Notes under the pieces: model-generated
The model's database searches: none
What the model saw: only the letters and a program-made list of their open reading frames with translations
What the model was told of the DNA's origin: nothing
Assembly (NCBI GenBank): GCA_963822445.1
Contig: CAWGHO010000001.1
Location: forward strand, 1,440,001-1,504,000
Source: an uncultured Acidobacteriota bacterium
Lineage (GTDB): Bacteria > Acidobacteriota > Thermoanaerobaculia > Gp7-AA8
DNA: 64,000 nucleotides
Direction of reading: 5' to 3'
Part shown: positions 49,936-59,003 of the stretch, in pieces
Numbering within the stretch: the first letter of the stretch is position 1
Layout: each line of letters opens with the position of its first letter
Program-made: the position numbers and the translations under genes

Positions 49936-51267
49936 TTAAATGCGGCCCTTGCGGGCGAGTTTTCCCCACGACATGTCGAGGCCGACCAGCTCCTCGAGCG
50001 TCGCGAATACTTTCGTCACGTCAATGATGAGGATGTAGAAGAAACGGTAGAACACCGCGTAAGCAGCCAGCCTGAGATCCTCTTTCTCCATGAGGATCGC
50101 GTGCACGGCGATGAGCACGTCCAGCAGCGTCAACAATAGCCACCACATCACCAGCAGCTTCTGCATGCCGAACATCAGGGCGATGTAGACGAAGAAGAGG
50201 CTGGAGAAAATGTTCATCGCCGGCCAGACCAGGCCTTCGAAAATCATGTACCAGAGGGACAGCGGCGTGGTGACGACGCCGGACGTCCGCGTGAGCAGAT
50301 GCTTCTGCTTGCGCAGGGCCTGCAGAATCCCGCGGCTCCACCGATACCGCTGCTTGATGATGTCCAGCAGTTCCTCGGGCGCTTCGGTATAAGCGACGGC
50401 CTTCGGCTCATAATTGATCTTCCAGCCGTTCGCGAGGATCTTGACGGTCATGTCGAAATCTTCGGCGTAGGTGTCGCTGTCGTAGCCGCCCGTGCCTTCA
50501 ATGGCGGTGCGGCGGAAGATGCCCATTGGACCGGGAATCACGTTCACCGAGCGGAAGAACGCCTGGGCCTTGCGAACGATGTTGAGCCCCTCGATGTATT
50601 CGAGGGCCTGCAGCTTCGTCCAGATGTTGTGGCGGTTGATGACCTTCACATTGCCGGCAACGGCGCCGACGTTCGGATCGGTGAACTGCCGGATCGCATA
50701 ACGCAGCGCGTCCGGAGTCAGACGCGAGTCCGAGTCCATGCAGATCACGATCGGCGCACGCGAGCGGCGGATGCCGTAATTCAGCGTGTCGGCCTTGCCC
50801 GAATTTTCCTTGCGGAAAACCTGGACTTTCACGCCGTAATGGTTCCCCTCGAACTCACGCATCTTCTCGTACGTGCCGTCCGTGGAACCATCGTCGACGG
50901 CGATGATCTCGTAATACGGATAACGCAGCTCGAGGAGGGACGCGAGCGACGCGTGAATGACCTCGGCCTCATTGAACGCCGGCACGATGATGCTGACGAA
51001 CGGGTAATGCTCGGGCGGCTCGTCATGCGAGAGCTCGCGCTGATGCAGGAAGCTGAACCAGATCAGCACGAAGTGACGGAGGATCAGCAACAGAAGGAAG
51101 CTGGCCAGCGTCACGACGAGGGCCGAGACCGCGATCGGGCCGAGGCGTTCCGGATAGCGGAACATGAAGATCGTCAGGACGACGACTGCGAGAATGATGA
51201 GAATCGAGATGATGGCCTGCTTGCGCGGGCTCATCGGTGTGCGCACGACAGGTTTCCTGGTTTCCAT
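49936..51267 (-). CDS. Processive GT2 polysaccharide synthase (PgaC/IcaA-like)
   Basis: VPAFNE, DDGSTD, GKA..LN.G, DSD, AED, QRYRW; N- and C-terminal TMs. Confidence 0.9.
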   Translation of the reverse strand: METRKPVVRTPMSPRKQAIISILIILAVVVLTIFMFRYPERLGPIAVSALVVTLASFLLLLILRHFVLIWFSFLHQRELSHDEPPEHYPFVSIIVPAFNEAEVIHASLASLLELRYPYYEIIAVDDGSTDGTYEKMREFEGNHYGVKVQVFRKENSGKADTLNYGIRRSRAPIVICMDSDSRLTPDALRYAIRQFTDPNVGAVAGNVKVINRHNIWTKLQALEYIEGLNIVRKAQAFFRSVNVIPGPMGIFRRTAIEGTGGYDSDTYAEDFDMTVKILANGWKINYEPKAVAYTEAPEELLDIIKQRYRWSRGILQALRKQKHLLTRTSGVVTTPLSLWYMIFEGLVWPAMNIFSSLFFVYIALMFGMQKLLVMWWLLLTLLDVLIAVHAILMEKEDLRLAAYAVFYRFFYILIIDVTKVFATLEELVGLDMSWGKLARKGRI

Positions 51268-51270
51268 GGC

Positions 51271-53811
51271 TTATCGCACCTCCGGCGGCACCGCGTCGGA
51301 GCTCGCCAGCACTCGATTGTCGAAGTAATAGCGGTCGGCGCTGTCGATGTCATGCGTGGCGCGCATCCGCTTCACGCGCACGCCGACGTAGAAGCTCCGC
51401 TGCCAGTAAGTCGCGAACTCCGGATCACCGATGAACGACTCGAAACGTCCGCTGCGTCCGTAGTTGTACGAGCCGATGATGTCGAAGGCATCGCTGATCG
51501 GGACCGTGACTCGCGCGGCCCACGCCCGGAGGTCGGAACTGCGGTCCCCATCCCACGACTTGCCGATCTTCAGCTCGGCGGTCCAGAAGATCCGATCGTT
51601 GATGTCCTGTCCAACCTGCAGCACGCCGGCGAGTGAGCGGTAATCATCCGGCGACCAGTAGCGGTTCGTGCGCTGCTCATACGACAGCACCCGCCCGTCG
51701 GCTTTGATCGCGACGAATGGCTCTTTGAAGAGGCGGAAGCTGAGAAGTCCGTGCGCGGACTGCCGGGAGTTATCGTCGGAAATGCGGCCATACGAGCCGT
51801 CGACCAGGAAGGACCAGAAACCGCCCGAATCCCAGTCGTAATGCGCGCGGAAGTCGTCGACCGACAGCGGATCGTTCAGCCGCACCTCATTGCGAGGCGA
51901 GAGCGTGAACATGTTCGAGACGTCGTAAATCAGGTCGTAATGGTTGTAGTCGAGCGCGGCCCGGCTCTGGATGTTCGGCAGATAAACGGCGCCAAGTCCG
52001 AAGTAAGGGCGGGTGCCGAGGCTGCCGGTTTCCCAGAACGTCGCACCGACGCGGCCGCGGAGGGTCAGGCGGTCGTTCGTACGATACGCGGCGCCGATGT
52101 GGGCGACGTTCGCGTCGGCGGCAAGATCGCGCTGTTCGAAGTGGTGGCGTCCCACACCGCCATTGACGGCGATCCGTGGATTCAGCCAGTGCTCCGCGGT
52201 GAGATCGCCGCGGCGGGTGTGGAAGTCGTTCGAATTGACTTCGTCCGTGTAGCGCGCCTCGATCTGCGATCCCGGCAGTCCGTAACGCGCGCGCTGTAAT
52301 TCGCGATGCGCATCAGTGAGTCCGGAATCGAGCGAAAGCGCGTAATTCTGTTCCTCGGCCGCGGTGTCCCGCCAGCCGAACCAGCGGTAGATCTGTCCGA
52401 GGCGGAAGTGAGCTTGCGGCGGGACGTCCTCGTATAAGTACGCGCGCGGCGAATCGGAGAGATCCGTCAACGTGCGCAGAGTGCGGATGGCCGGAACGTA
52501 TTCGCGGTCATAAGTCAGCGCCTGCGCGTATTCGAGCTTGATGTCGGGACGATTCGGATCCGCCTTGAGAACAATCTCGTACTGGCGCTGCGCTTCGTCA
52601 TAGCGACGGTCCCAGCTCAGCACGCGGGCGTAATTGCGGCGGGCCACGTTGTCATCCGGCGCGGACTTCAAATAGACCTCGTAGAGCTCGATCGCCGGAT
52701 CGTATGCGCCGAGGCCGGTGTAGGCCTTGGCCAGCTCGAGGACCTGTTCGCCGACCGCGCCGGCCGAGCTGTACATGGCCGGATCGCCGAACAACGAGCG
52801 GCGGCGTTCGTCGACGGCCACCAGCTCTTCCTTGCGGCGATCGAGAGCCTGCTGCTCCAGCTCGTCCAGCCCGGCCACCTCGGTCATGGTGTGCTCGCGA
52901 ATGAACTTGATGGCGCGGAGCGTCTCGCCGTAGCGGCCGGCGTCATAAAGCAACCGTGCACGCTGTACGCGAAGGGCGAGGTTGTACGGATCGATGCCGA
53001 TCATCTTGTCGAGGCGCTCGATCCGAAGATCGGGGGAAGTGCGAAGCTCGGCGAGCGTCTTTTCCGCGTCGCGCGATCCACTGTTCGCCGCGGTGAAATC
53101 CTCGAGCAGCCGGATGGCCCCTTCGCGATCGCCGCTCCAGGCCCGTGCGTTCGCCAGTGCGACCGCTGAATCTTCATTGTTGAGCGTGTCATGCGCCCGC
53201 TCGAGGCGCTGAACGGAAAGCTTCTCGGCGCCCATCCAGGAAAGCGTGCGGCCATATTCGAGCTCGAGCTCCGGACTCGGGCTGTCCTTCAGAAGCGCGG
53301 CATAACGCTCTTCCGCGGCGGAGTGCTGACCGGACCAGGTGAGCGCGCGTGCGTGATGCGTGCGCGACTCGACGGTCATCACGCCGTCCGGCAGCTTCGC
53401 GAACAAGTCCGCCGCTTCGCGATAGCGGCCGGCGGAGAAATAGGCGTTCGCGAGCTCGAGCCGATCGGCATCGGTCGCCCCATCCCGTTTCGCAGCGGCC
53501 TCGGCATCCTCGAGACGCTGCACGGCGATGAGGCGCATCTGCTCGGTCGCACGATCGCGTACGCCCGCCGCTTCGGTGTCGTTCGCATCGGCGTCGGCGA
53601 TCGCCCCGGCGAGCTTCTTGGCCTCGTAGTAACGGCCGACTTCAATGTAGGCGCGGGCAAGATCGAGTTGCTCGGCGCGCGTGGCCGTGCCGGCTTCTTG
53701 CGCTTTCTCCAGCCGCGAGATCGTCTTGCGCACATCCTCATCGGCCGCGGCGGCGGTGAAGGCGCACAACACCACTACGCAACAGATGAACAGCAACTTG
53801 CTGGGCTTCAT
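51271..53811 (-). CDS. TPR + C-terminal beta-barrel polysaccharide export protein (PgaA/BcsC/PelB-like architecture)
   Basis: Signal peptide; repeated A..L.W.G TPRs; aromatic-rich beta-strand C-terminal region with YWSP..Y. Confidence 0.7.
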   Translation of the reverse strand: MKPSKLLFICCVVVLCAFTAAAADEDVRKTISRLEKAQEAGTATRAEQLDLARAYIEVGRYYEAKKLAGAIADADANDTEAAGVRDRATEQMRLIAVQRLEDAEAAAKRDGATDADRLELANAYFSAGRYREAADLFAKLPDGVMTVESRTHHARALTWSGQHSAAEERYAALLKDSPSPELELEYGRTLSWMGAEKLSVQRLERAHDTLNNEDSAVALANARAWSGDREGAIRLLEDFTAANSGSRDAEKTLAELRTSPDLRIERLDKMIGIDPYNLALRVQRARLLYDAGRYGETLRAIKFIREHTMTEVAGLDELEQQALDRRKEELVAVDERRRSLFGDPAMYSSAGAVGEQVLELAKAYTGLGAYDPAIELYEVYLKSAPDDNVARRNYARVLSWDRRYDEAQRQYEIVLKADPNRPDIKLEYAQALTYDREYVPAIRTLRTLTDLSDSPRAYLYEDVPPQAHFRLGQIYRWFGWRDTAAEEQNYALSLDSGLTDAHRELQRARYGLPGSQIEARYTDEVNSNDFHTRRGDLTAEHWLNPRIAVNGGVGRHHFEQRDLAADANVAHIGAAYRTNDRLTLRGRVGATFWETGSLGTRPYFGLGAVYLPNIQSRAALDYNHYDLIYDVSNMFTLSPRNEVRLNDPLSVDDFRAHYDWDSGGFWSFLVDGSYGRISDDNSRQSAHGLLSFRLFKEPFVAIKADGRVLSYEQRTNRYWSPDDYRSLAGVLQVGQDINDRIFWTAELKIGKSWDGDRSSDLRAWAARVTVPISDAFDIIGSYNYGRSGRFESFIGDPEFATYWQRSFYVGVRVKRMRATHDIDSADRYYFDNRVLASSDAVPPEVR

Positions 53812-53874
53812 GGGACTCTCCGCTGTTTCTTTGGAACCGGGCCGCTACCTCAACCGGTCCGAGATGGCGACTTG

Positions 53875-53890
53875 TGCAATGGCGATTCCA
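53875..53890 (-). promoter_or_regulatory. sigma54 promoter of the TPR-GT2 operon
   Basis: Minus strand TGGAATCGCCATTGCA, GG-N10-GC. Confidence 0.7.
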
Positions 53891-53932
53891 ATGTTGGGAA
53901 TAACCGATTGAGAGCTATCAGTTGAGCGGCGC

Positions 53933-54781
53933 TCATTTCTTCGTCGTGGTCGTGGCAGTGGTGTCCGTCGCGGTCGGAGGCGGGGTCGCTTCGACATCAC
54001 AACCGGTGTAATCGGTGGCAAGAACTACCGCCAGATGATCGGCAACGCGGCGCTCCGATTTGTCGCTGGGCTGATTGACGATTGCGTCGCTCACCCACAT
54101 CGCGCTCGATCCGCCGCCATCGAGATTGATGGCCGAGCAGGTACCGAGCTCTTCGGCCATGAATCGCGCCAGCTTGGCCAGCGTCATCCCGGGAATGCCT
54201 TCGCGCCGCCCATCCGCGACGACCATATAAAGCGTCGTTCCATCCTCGGAAACACCGACCGCAGTTCGGGGATGCGGCGAGCGGGTGAAGCCGTCGCTGC
54301 CTGGTAATTCCGTAGCGGACAGGGCCGTGCAATTCTTCACGAGCATCGGCCAACCGGAGACCGCCACGTCCATCCATTCCTCCGGTTCGGCAAGAACTTC
54401 CTTGGGCGGGTAGATCGCGACGCGGCCTTCGCCAATGGCAACGACGCCTTCGCGCTCTGTGTCTTTCGTTCCTTCCCACACACCGCACGGCCCGATCGTC
54501 AGGCCAACCGGCTTCATCTGTTTATCGAAATAGTCGGCATTGATCGCGACCACTGCTTTGGTTTTCTTCGCGTAATCGCTGACCTTGAGTCCGCGCTCCG
54601 ATTCACGTGTCGCCGTGACGATTACATCGGGATTCGTGAGATCGACGCGCGTTACATGCACGTCCATCGCATCGCGATTGAAGCGCTGATATTCGACGCC
54701 GGACGCCACGACGTTCCAATCAGCAAGCGCGGCTGTAGCGACGAGCCACACCAGTGCGGACAGCATTACGGCACGTTTCAT
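53933..54781 (-). CDS. Phosphodiester glycosidase (NAGPA/DUF2233 family)
   Basis: Signal peptide; AINADYF, HPRTAVG, VADGR, AINLDGGGSS, PSD..ER.V. Confidence 0.9.
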   Translation of the reverse strand: MKRAVMLSALVWLVATAALADWNVVASGVEYQRFNRDAMDVHVTRVDLTNPDVIVTATRESERGLKVSDYAKKTKAVVAINADYFDKQMKPVGLTIGPCGVWEGTKDTEREGVVAIGEGRVAIYPPKEVLAEPEEWMDVAVSGWPMLVKNCTALSATELPGSDGFTRSPHPRTAVGVSEDGTTLYMVVADGRREGIPGMTLAKLARFMAEELGTCSAINLDGGGSSAMWVSDAIVNQPSDKSERRVADHLAVVLATDYTGCDVEATPPPTATDTTATTTTKK

Positions 54782-54854
54782 AGATACCTCTCTGGAAGGG
54801 ATGAACTACCCGGGCGAGGGCCCTTTTCAAACGCCGTACCCAACTACTAATAAT

Positions 54855-54870
54855 TGGCATTCCGAATGCA
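54855..54870 (+). promoter_or_regulatory. sigma54 promoter of the LCP genes
   Basis: TGGCATTCCGAATGCA, GG-N10-GC. Confidence 0.65.
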
Positions 54871-54956
54871 GTTGGCGGCATCACGTAGCAGTAAGCAATT
54901 TCGCAAGAAGGCCGGTGAAGCAGAACACCGGCTGAACGCTCACCAGGGGTCTACCA

Positions 54957-56000
54957 ATGAGTTTTGACGCTGATTCGTCGTACAGCCGCCTCCCGGCTGG
55001 AGTGGCCGCACGGATGCCGAAGGCCTCCTCCCGCACCAAAGCCACGGCGACCAGAGGACAGAAGGCGATCGAGCTCACGCTCTTCGCCGTTTTCGGATTC
55101 ACGATCGCCCTGGCCGGCTTCGCGCTCTACGCGACGAACCGTCCCGAGCATCAGCTCGTGCCGAATCGCGTGGCCGCCGGACTGAAAGCCGATCGGGTGA
55201 ACGTCCTCCTCATCAGCGCCTCGCTCCGGCCGAACGGGTCGGAGACCAGCGACGTCCGCACCGAGTCGCTGATGCTGCTATCCGTGCAGCCGTCGACGGG
55301 TCGAACGGCCCTGACTTCGATCCCGGTCGATCTCTGGGTGAAAGTCGGCCGCTACGGACAGCGCCCGCTGCACTCGGCTTACACCGTCGGCAACGCCAGC
55401 GGCTATCCGGGAGCGGGAACGGGCCTGACGGTCGACACGATCGAGACGATCATCGATGAGCCGATCCATGGCTACGCCCGCCTGAGCATCGGCGACGTCT
55501 CCCGCATCGTCGATCGCGTCGGCGGCGTCGAGGTCGACGTGAAGCGCGGGGTGTACGAGATTCGCGGCGACCGGCATCGCTTCCGCCGCGGCGTGCAGCG
55601 TTTCAAAGGGACCGACGCGATGCACTACGCGTACGCCGGCCGCGTCGCCGGTTTCGCCGCCGACCGCTTCGAGCGCGAGCAGCGCCAGCGCGAAGTGGCC
55701 ATCGCCACCATCACCAGGATCCTCGGCTCGAAGATGGAGAACCTGAACCGGTTCGAGTCCGCCTTCGGCAGCGTCGCGGCCACGAACCTCACCGGCGACC
55801 AGATCCGCACGCTCGCCCTCGCCGCCCGCCGGGGCGGCGACATCCGCGTCGTCAGCTGGAAGCCCTATCTCGATGTCGTCGACGTCAGCAGCGTTGCGTA
55901 TCGCGGCGAGGCCGTGAAGCCGCGCAGCGGCGACTTCGCCGCCGTCCGCCAGCTCACCGACGCGGCCTTCGAGGCCGGCGTCGTCGCCAAGATTCACTGA
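54957..56000 (+). CDS. LCP (LytR-CpsA-Psr) family protein, degenerate motifs
   Basis: TM, VNVLLI, RTES, SIPVDL, IVD.VGGVEV, R..RQ. Confidence 0.8.
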   Translation: MSFDADSSYSRLPAGVAARMPKASSRTKATATRGQKAIELTLFAVFGFTIALAGFALYATNRPEHQLVPNRVAAGLKADRVNVLLISASLRPNGSETSDVRTESLMLLSVQPSTGRTALTSIPVDLWVKVGRYGQRPLHSAYTVGNASGYPGAGTGLTVDTIETIIDEPIHGYARLSIGDVSRIVDRVGGVEVDVKRGVYEIRGDRHRFRRGVQRFKGTDAMHYAYAGRVAGFAADRFEREQRQREVAIATITRILGSKMENLNRFESAFGSVAATNLTGDQIRTLALAARRGGDIRVVSWKPYLDVVDVSSVAYRGEAVKPRSGDFAAVRQLTDAAFEAGVVAKIH

Positions 56001-56014
56001 TTGAGGAGCCTCGC

Positions 56015-57136
56015 ATGTCTTACACGCGCAACAATCCGCCCCTTGCTCCGCGGTACGACAAGCCCAAAGACAAGAAGAAAAAAGGCCTGGCCGAATATCT
56101 GATGTACGGCTTCGTGATCGTGCTCGTGGCCATCGTGACGATCGCCTCGTACGCCCATTTCGCCCCAGGCATGAAAGAAGTGCCGAACCGGGTCGCCGAG
56201 GGGTTCGATCAGGACCGGATCAATCTCCTCCTGATCGGCATCGGCGGCGACGCCCATCCCGGTGAAGGAAAGGACCTGGCCGACTCGATCATCCTGGTCA
56301 GCCTCAAACCCTCCACCCGCCAGGCCGCGCTCGTTTCCCTTCCCCGCGACCTCTACGTCCCGATGGACAGCGGCATCGGCATGCAGCGGCTGAACGCCGC
56401 CCACGCGCTGGGTGACCGCATGGGCTTCAAAGGAAAGGGCCCCGGCTTCCTCGTCCACACCGTCCAGAACCTCCTCGGCGAACCGGTCCACGCCTACGCC
56501 CGCATCGACTTCAAGGCCTTCGAGAAAGTGATCGACGCCATGGGCGGCATCGACGTCTACGTCTACCGCCCCTTCTACGACTACCTGTTCAAGGATGGAT
56601 TCGAGAAGGGATGGCACCACCTCGACGGCAAGCGCGCTCTGCGTTACGCGCGCTACCGGCACATCCGCGCGTCGTACGAGGGCAACAACTTCGGCCGGGA
56701 ACTGCGCCAGCAGCAGGTCGTGGACGCCATCCGCGACAAGATGAAAACCCTCGACGCGTCGCAGATCCTGCGCCTGTCCAAGCTGGCCATGAATTCGTCG
56801 GACTTCACCTCGACGAACCTCACCACGCCGCAGATGGTCGAGCTGTACACGACCTTCCGCAACACGAAGCGCGCGGACGTCCGCCACGTCTCGCTCAAGA
56901 AATTCACGAAGATCATCAAGCTCACCGAGCCTCACCTCTACGGGGAGGCCGTGGCCCCGCCGAAAAACGACTACACGAAGATTCGCGAGGTCGTGCGCAC
57001 GGTCTTCAACGGACGGGAGCCGATCGTGGCCCCGAGCGAGATCCAGCTGACCGAGGTTGGCGAGCCGCCGGCGGCCGCGAAGGACGAAAAAGTCGAAGCG
57101 AATCGTCAAGCCGTTGCGGCCGCGGTAGGACGTTGA
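56015..57136 (+). CDS. LCP (LytR-CpsA-Psr) family protein
   Basis: TM, INLLLIG, DSIILV, SLPRDL, RLNAA, IDAMGGIDV, ALRYARYR, FGRELRQQ. Confidence 0.9.
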   Translation: MSYTRNNPPLAPRYDKPKDKKKKGLAEYLMYGFVIVLVAIVTIASYAHFAPGMKEVPNRVAEGFDQDRINLLLIGIGGDAHPGEGKDLADSIILVSLKPSTRQAALVSLPRDLYVPMDSGIGMQRLNAAHALGDRMGFKGKGPGFLVHTVQNLLGEPVHAYARIDFKAFEKVIDAMGGIDVYVYRPFYDYLFKDGFEKGWHHLDGKRALRYARYRHIRASYEGNNFGRELRQQQVVDAIRDKMKTLDASQILRLSKLAMNSSDFTSTNLTTPQMVELYTTFRNTKRADVRHVSLKKFTKIIKLTEPHLYGEAVAPPKNDYTKIREVVRTVFNGREPIVAPSEIQLTEVGEPPAAAKDEKVEANRQAVAAAVGR

Positions 57137-57159
57137 AACGGTGATCGGCTGCGCCCGGC

Positions 57160-57175
57160 TGGCCCGGCTGTTGCT
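57160..57175 (+). promoter_or_regulatory. sigma54 promoter of the KaiC-REC-GGDEF* gene
   Basis: TGGCCCGGCTGTTGCT, GG-N10-GC. Confidence 0.7.
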
Positions 57176-57241
57176 TTTTACTTCCGCTCGGCACGCCAGC
57201 AACGAGCCGCAGTTGCAGCCAGAAACCTTCCGGAGAAAACC

Positions 57242-58930
57242 ATGAATGGATCAACGGACGTGCGGTCGATGAGCTCCTCGGGCTCCACCCCTCGCAGCGC
57301 CACGGGCGCGAAAACGGATAAACAGATTCCCATCACCTCCCCTGTCCCCGATTCGGCGGGAAAGCCGCGCTCCTCGCGAGGCGGCGCGGGCGACCGGATC
57401 ATCAGCGGAATCGATCTGATCGACTTCGGCGCCGGCGGACTGATGCCGAACCACGTCTACCTGGTCAAAGGCGCCGGTGGACTCGGCAAGTCGATTCTCG
57501 GGCTGCAGTTCCTTACCCGCGGCCTCGAGCATCAGGAGCCGGGGATCCTGATCACCGACCAGAAGCCTGAAAAGGTCATCACCCAGGCCACGGCCATCGG
57601 CTTCACGATCGAGGACGCCGTCCGGCGGAACCAGCTCTCGATCCTCAACCCCAGCGGCCGTTACTTCGACCTCGTCGAGAGCCCGGCCGACGTCATGGCC
57701 ATCGTCGAAGAGCTCGGCGACTACATCAAGAAAATCGGCGCGAAGCGCGTGGTCATCGATCCGATCTACACGCTCATCAACACCCAGTACTCGAGTCACT
57801 TCGCCCTGACCCTCACCCAGTCGATGATGAACGCGCTGGAAGACCTTCCGGCGACCGTGATTCTCATCGCCGGCGATGAGGACAGCGCCGAGCTGAATCC
57901 GATCATCCGGATGCTCGAGGGGAACGCGTTCGGCGTCGTGCAGCTGAAGCAGGACACTGCCACCGGCGGCCGCGTGATGAGCATCCCCAAACTGCGCTAC
58001 GCGTCGAGCGAGGATCTTTCCTCGCACTACCGCATCCTCAACGGCCGCGGCCTGATCAACTATCGCGGCGAAGGCGAGAAGGTCACCGACGTCACCAAGC
58101 CTTGGGAAGAGGCGACCGAGGCGAATCGGAATGTGCTCGTGATCGGCGCGCAGTCCGACACCATCCGCAAAGTCAAAGAAGCCCTCGGCGACAAGTACAA
58201 AGTCGACGCGGAATCCGATCTCAAGACCGCCGTCGATCGCGTCAAGCGCGAGAAGCCCGGCCTGGTCATGGTCACGCCGCAGCGCAGCGCGGGTGCGATC
58301 AGCGCCATCCTGGACATCACCCAGCATTCCTCATCGTCGGTGGCGTTCCTCTCCCCGGCCGGAAATCGCCAGGCCGATCGCGTGCTGTACCTGCGCGCCG
58401 GTGCGGACGATTACTTCAGCGAGCCGTTCACGCCGGCCGAGCTTCGCGCTCGCGTCGACGCGCTCATCCGCCGCAGCGGCCGCCGCCTCAACATCCGCGA
58501 CTCCGGCGCCAACTCCATCACCGCGGACGAGATGAGCGCGCTGATGAACGCCGGCGAGACCACCTCGCAGAGCCGCAGCGGACCGGTGCTCACCGCCAGC
58601 GAAAACGACAACGTGCAGTACGACCCCGAGTTCAACGATCGCCTGCAGCGCAACATCGACACCGTGTCGAAGCTCGACACTCCGTTCGCCGTGTACTGGA
58701 TCAAGGGCGACGGCGACGATCGCGAGCTGAACACCTCCCTGGCGAAACTCTGCCGGCAGGAAGACATCCTCTGCCACAACCGCAACGGCGAGTTCGTGGC
58801 CATCCTCACCGGCACGGATGCAAACGGCATCAAAGGCTTCGAGAACCGCCTCGAGGAGAAGCTCGGCGACCGCATCGCCCGTAGCAAGCGCGGACACCAG
58901 CTTTATCAGCCCGGTGAGACCAGCGCCTAA
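57242..58930 (+). CDS. KaiC/RecA-like ATPase + pseudo-receiver + degenerate GGDEF protein (BcsE-like c-di-GMP receptor)
   Basis: SGIDLID, Walker A GAGGLGKS, Walker B VVID; REC lacking the phospho-Asp with RQAD..GADDY..PF...EL.AR; RQED + NRNGEF. Confidence 0.75.
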   Translation: MNGSTDVRSMSSSGSTPRSATGAKTDKQIPITSPVPDSAGKPRSSRGGAGDRIISGIDLIDFGAGGLMPNHVYLVKGAGGLGKSILGLQFLTRGLEHQEPGILITDQKPEKVITQATAIGFTIEDAVRRNQLSILNPSGRYFDLVESPADVMAIVEELGDYIKKIGAKRVVIDPIYTLINTQYSSHFALTLTQSMMNALEDLPATVILIAGDEDSAELNPIIRMLEGNAFGVVQLKQDTATGGRVMSIPKLRYASSEDLSSHYRILNGRGLINYRGEGEKVTDVTKPWEEATEANRNVLVIGAQSDTIRKVKEALGDKYKVDAESDLKTAVDRVKREKPGLVMVTPQRSAGAISAILDITQHSSSSVAFLSPAGNRQADRVLYLRAGADDYFSEPFTPAELRARVDALIRRSGRRLNIRDSGANSITADEMSALMNAGETTSQSRSGPVLTASENDNVQYDPEFNDRLQRNIDTVSKLDTPFAVYWIKGDGDDRELNTSLAKLCRQEDILCHNRNGEFVAILTGTDANGIKGFENRLEEKLGDRIARSKRGHQLYQPGETSA

Positions 58931-58951
58931 ACCATCCTCCTCTCTCCTGAG

Positions 58952-58985
58952 AAACGCCGGCCTGGGGCCGGCGTTTTCGTTTTCT
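58952..58985 (+). terminator. Intrinsic terminator
   Basis: AAACGCCGGCC-tgg-GGCCGGCGTTT followed by a T-rich tail. Confidence 0.8.
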
Positions 58986-59003
58986 CTATAATCCGCCGCC
59001 TGC

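Noticed and set aside
54826-54841. Possible sigma54 promoter for the glycosidase gene (minus strand GGGTACGGCGTTTGAA)
   Set aside because: The -12 dinucleotide is GA rather than GC; plausible but not supported enough to list.
57242-58050. KaiC domain as a circadian clock component
   Set aside because: Single ATPase domain without the EE pair, no kaiA/kaiB, and fused to REC*/GGDEF*.
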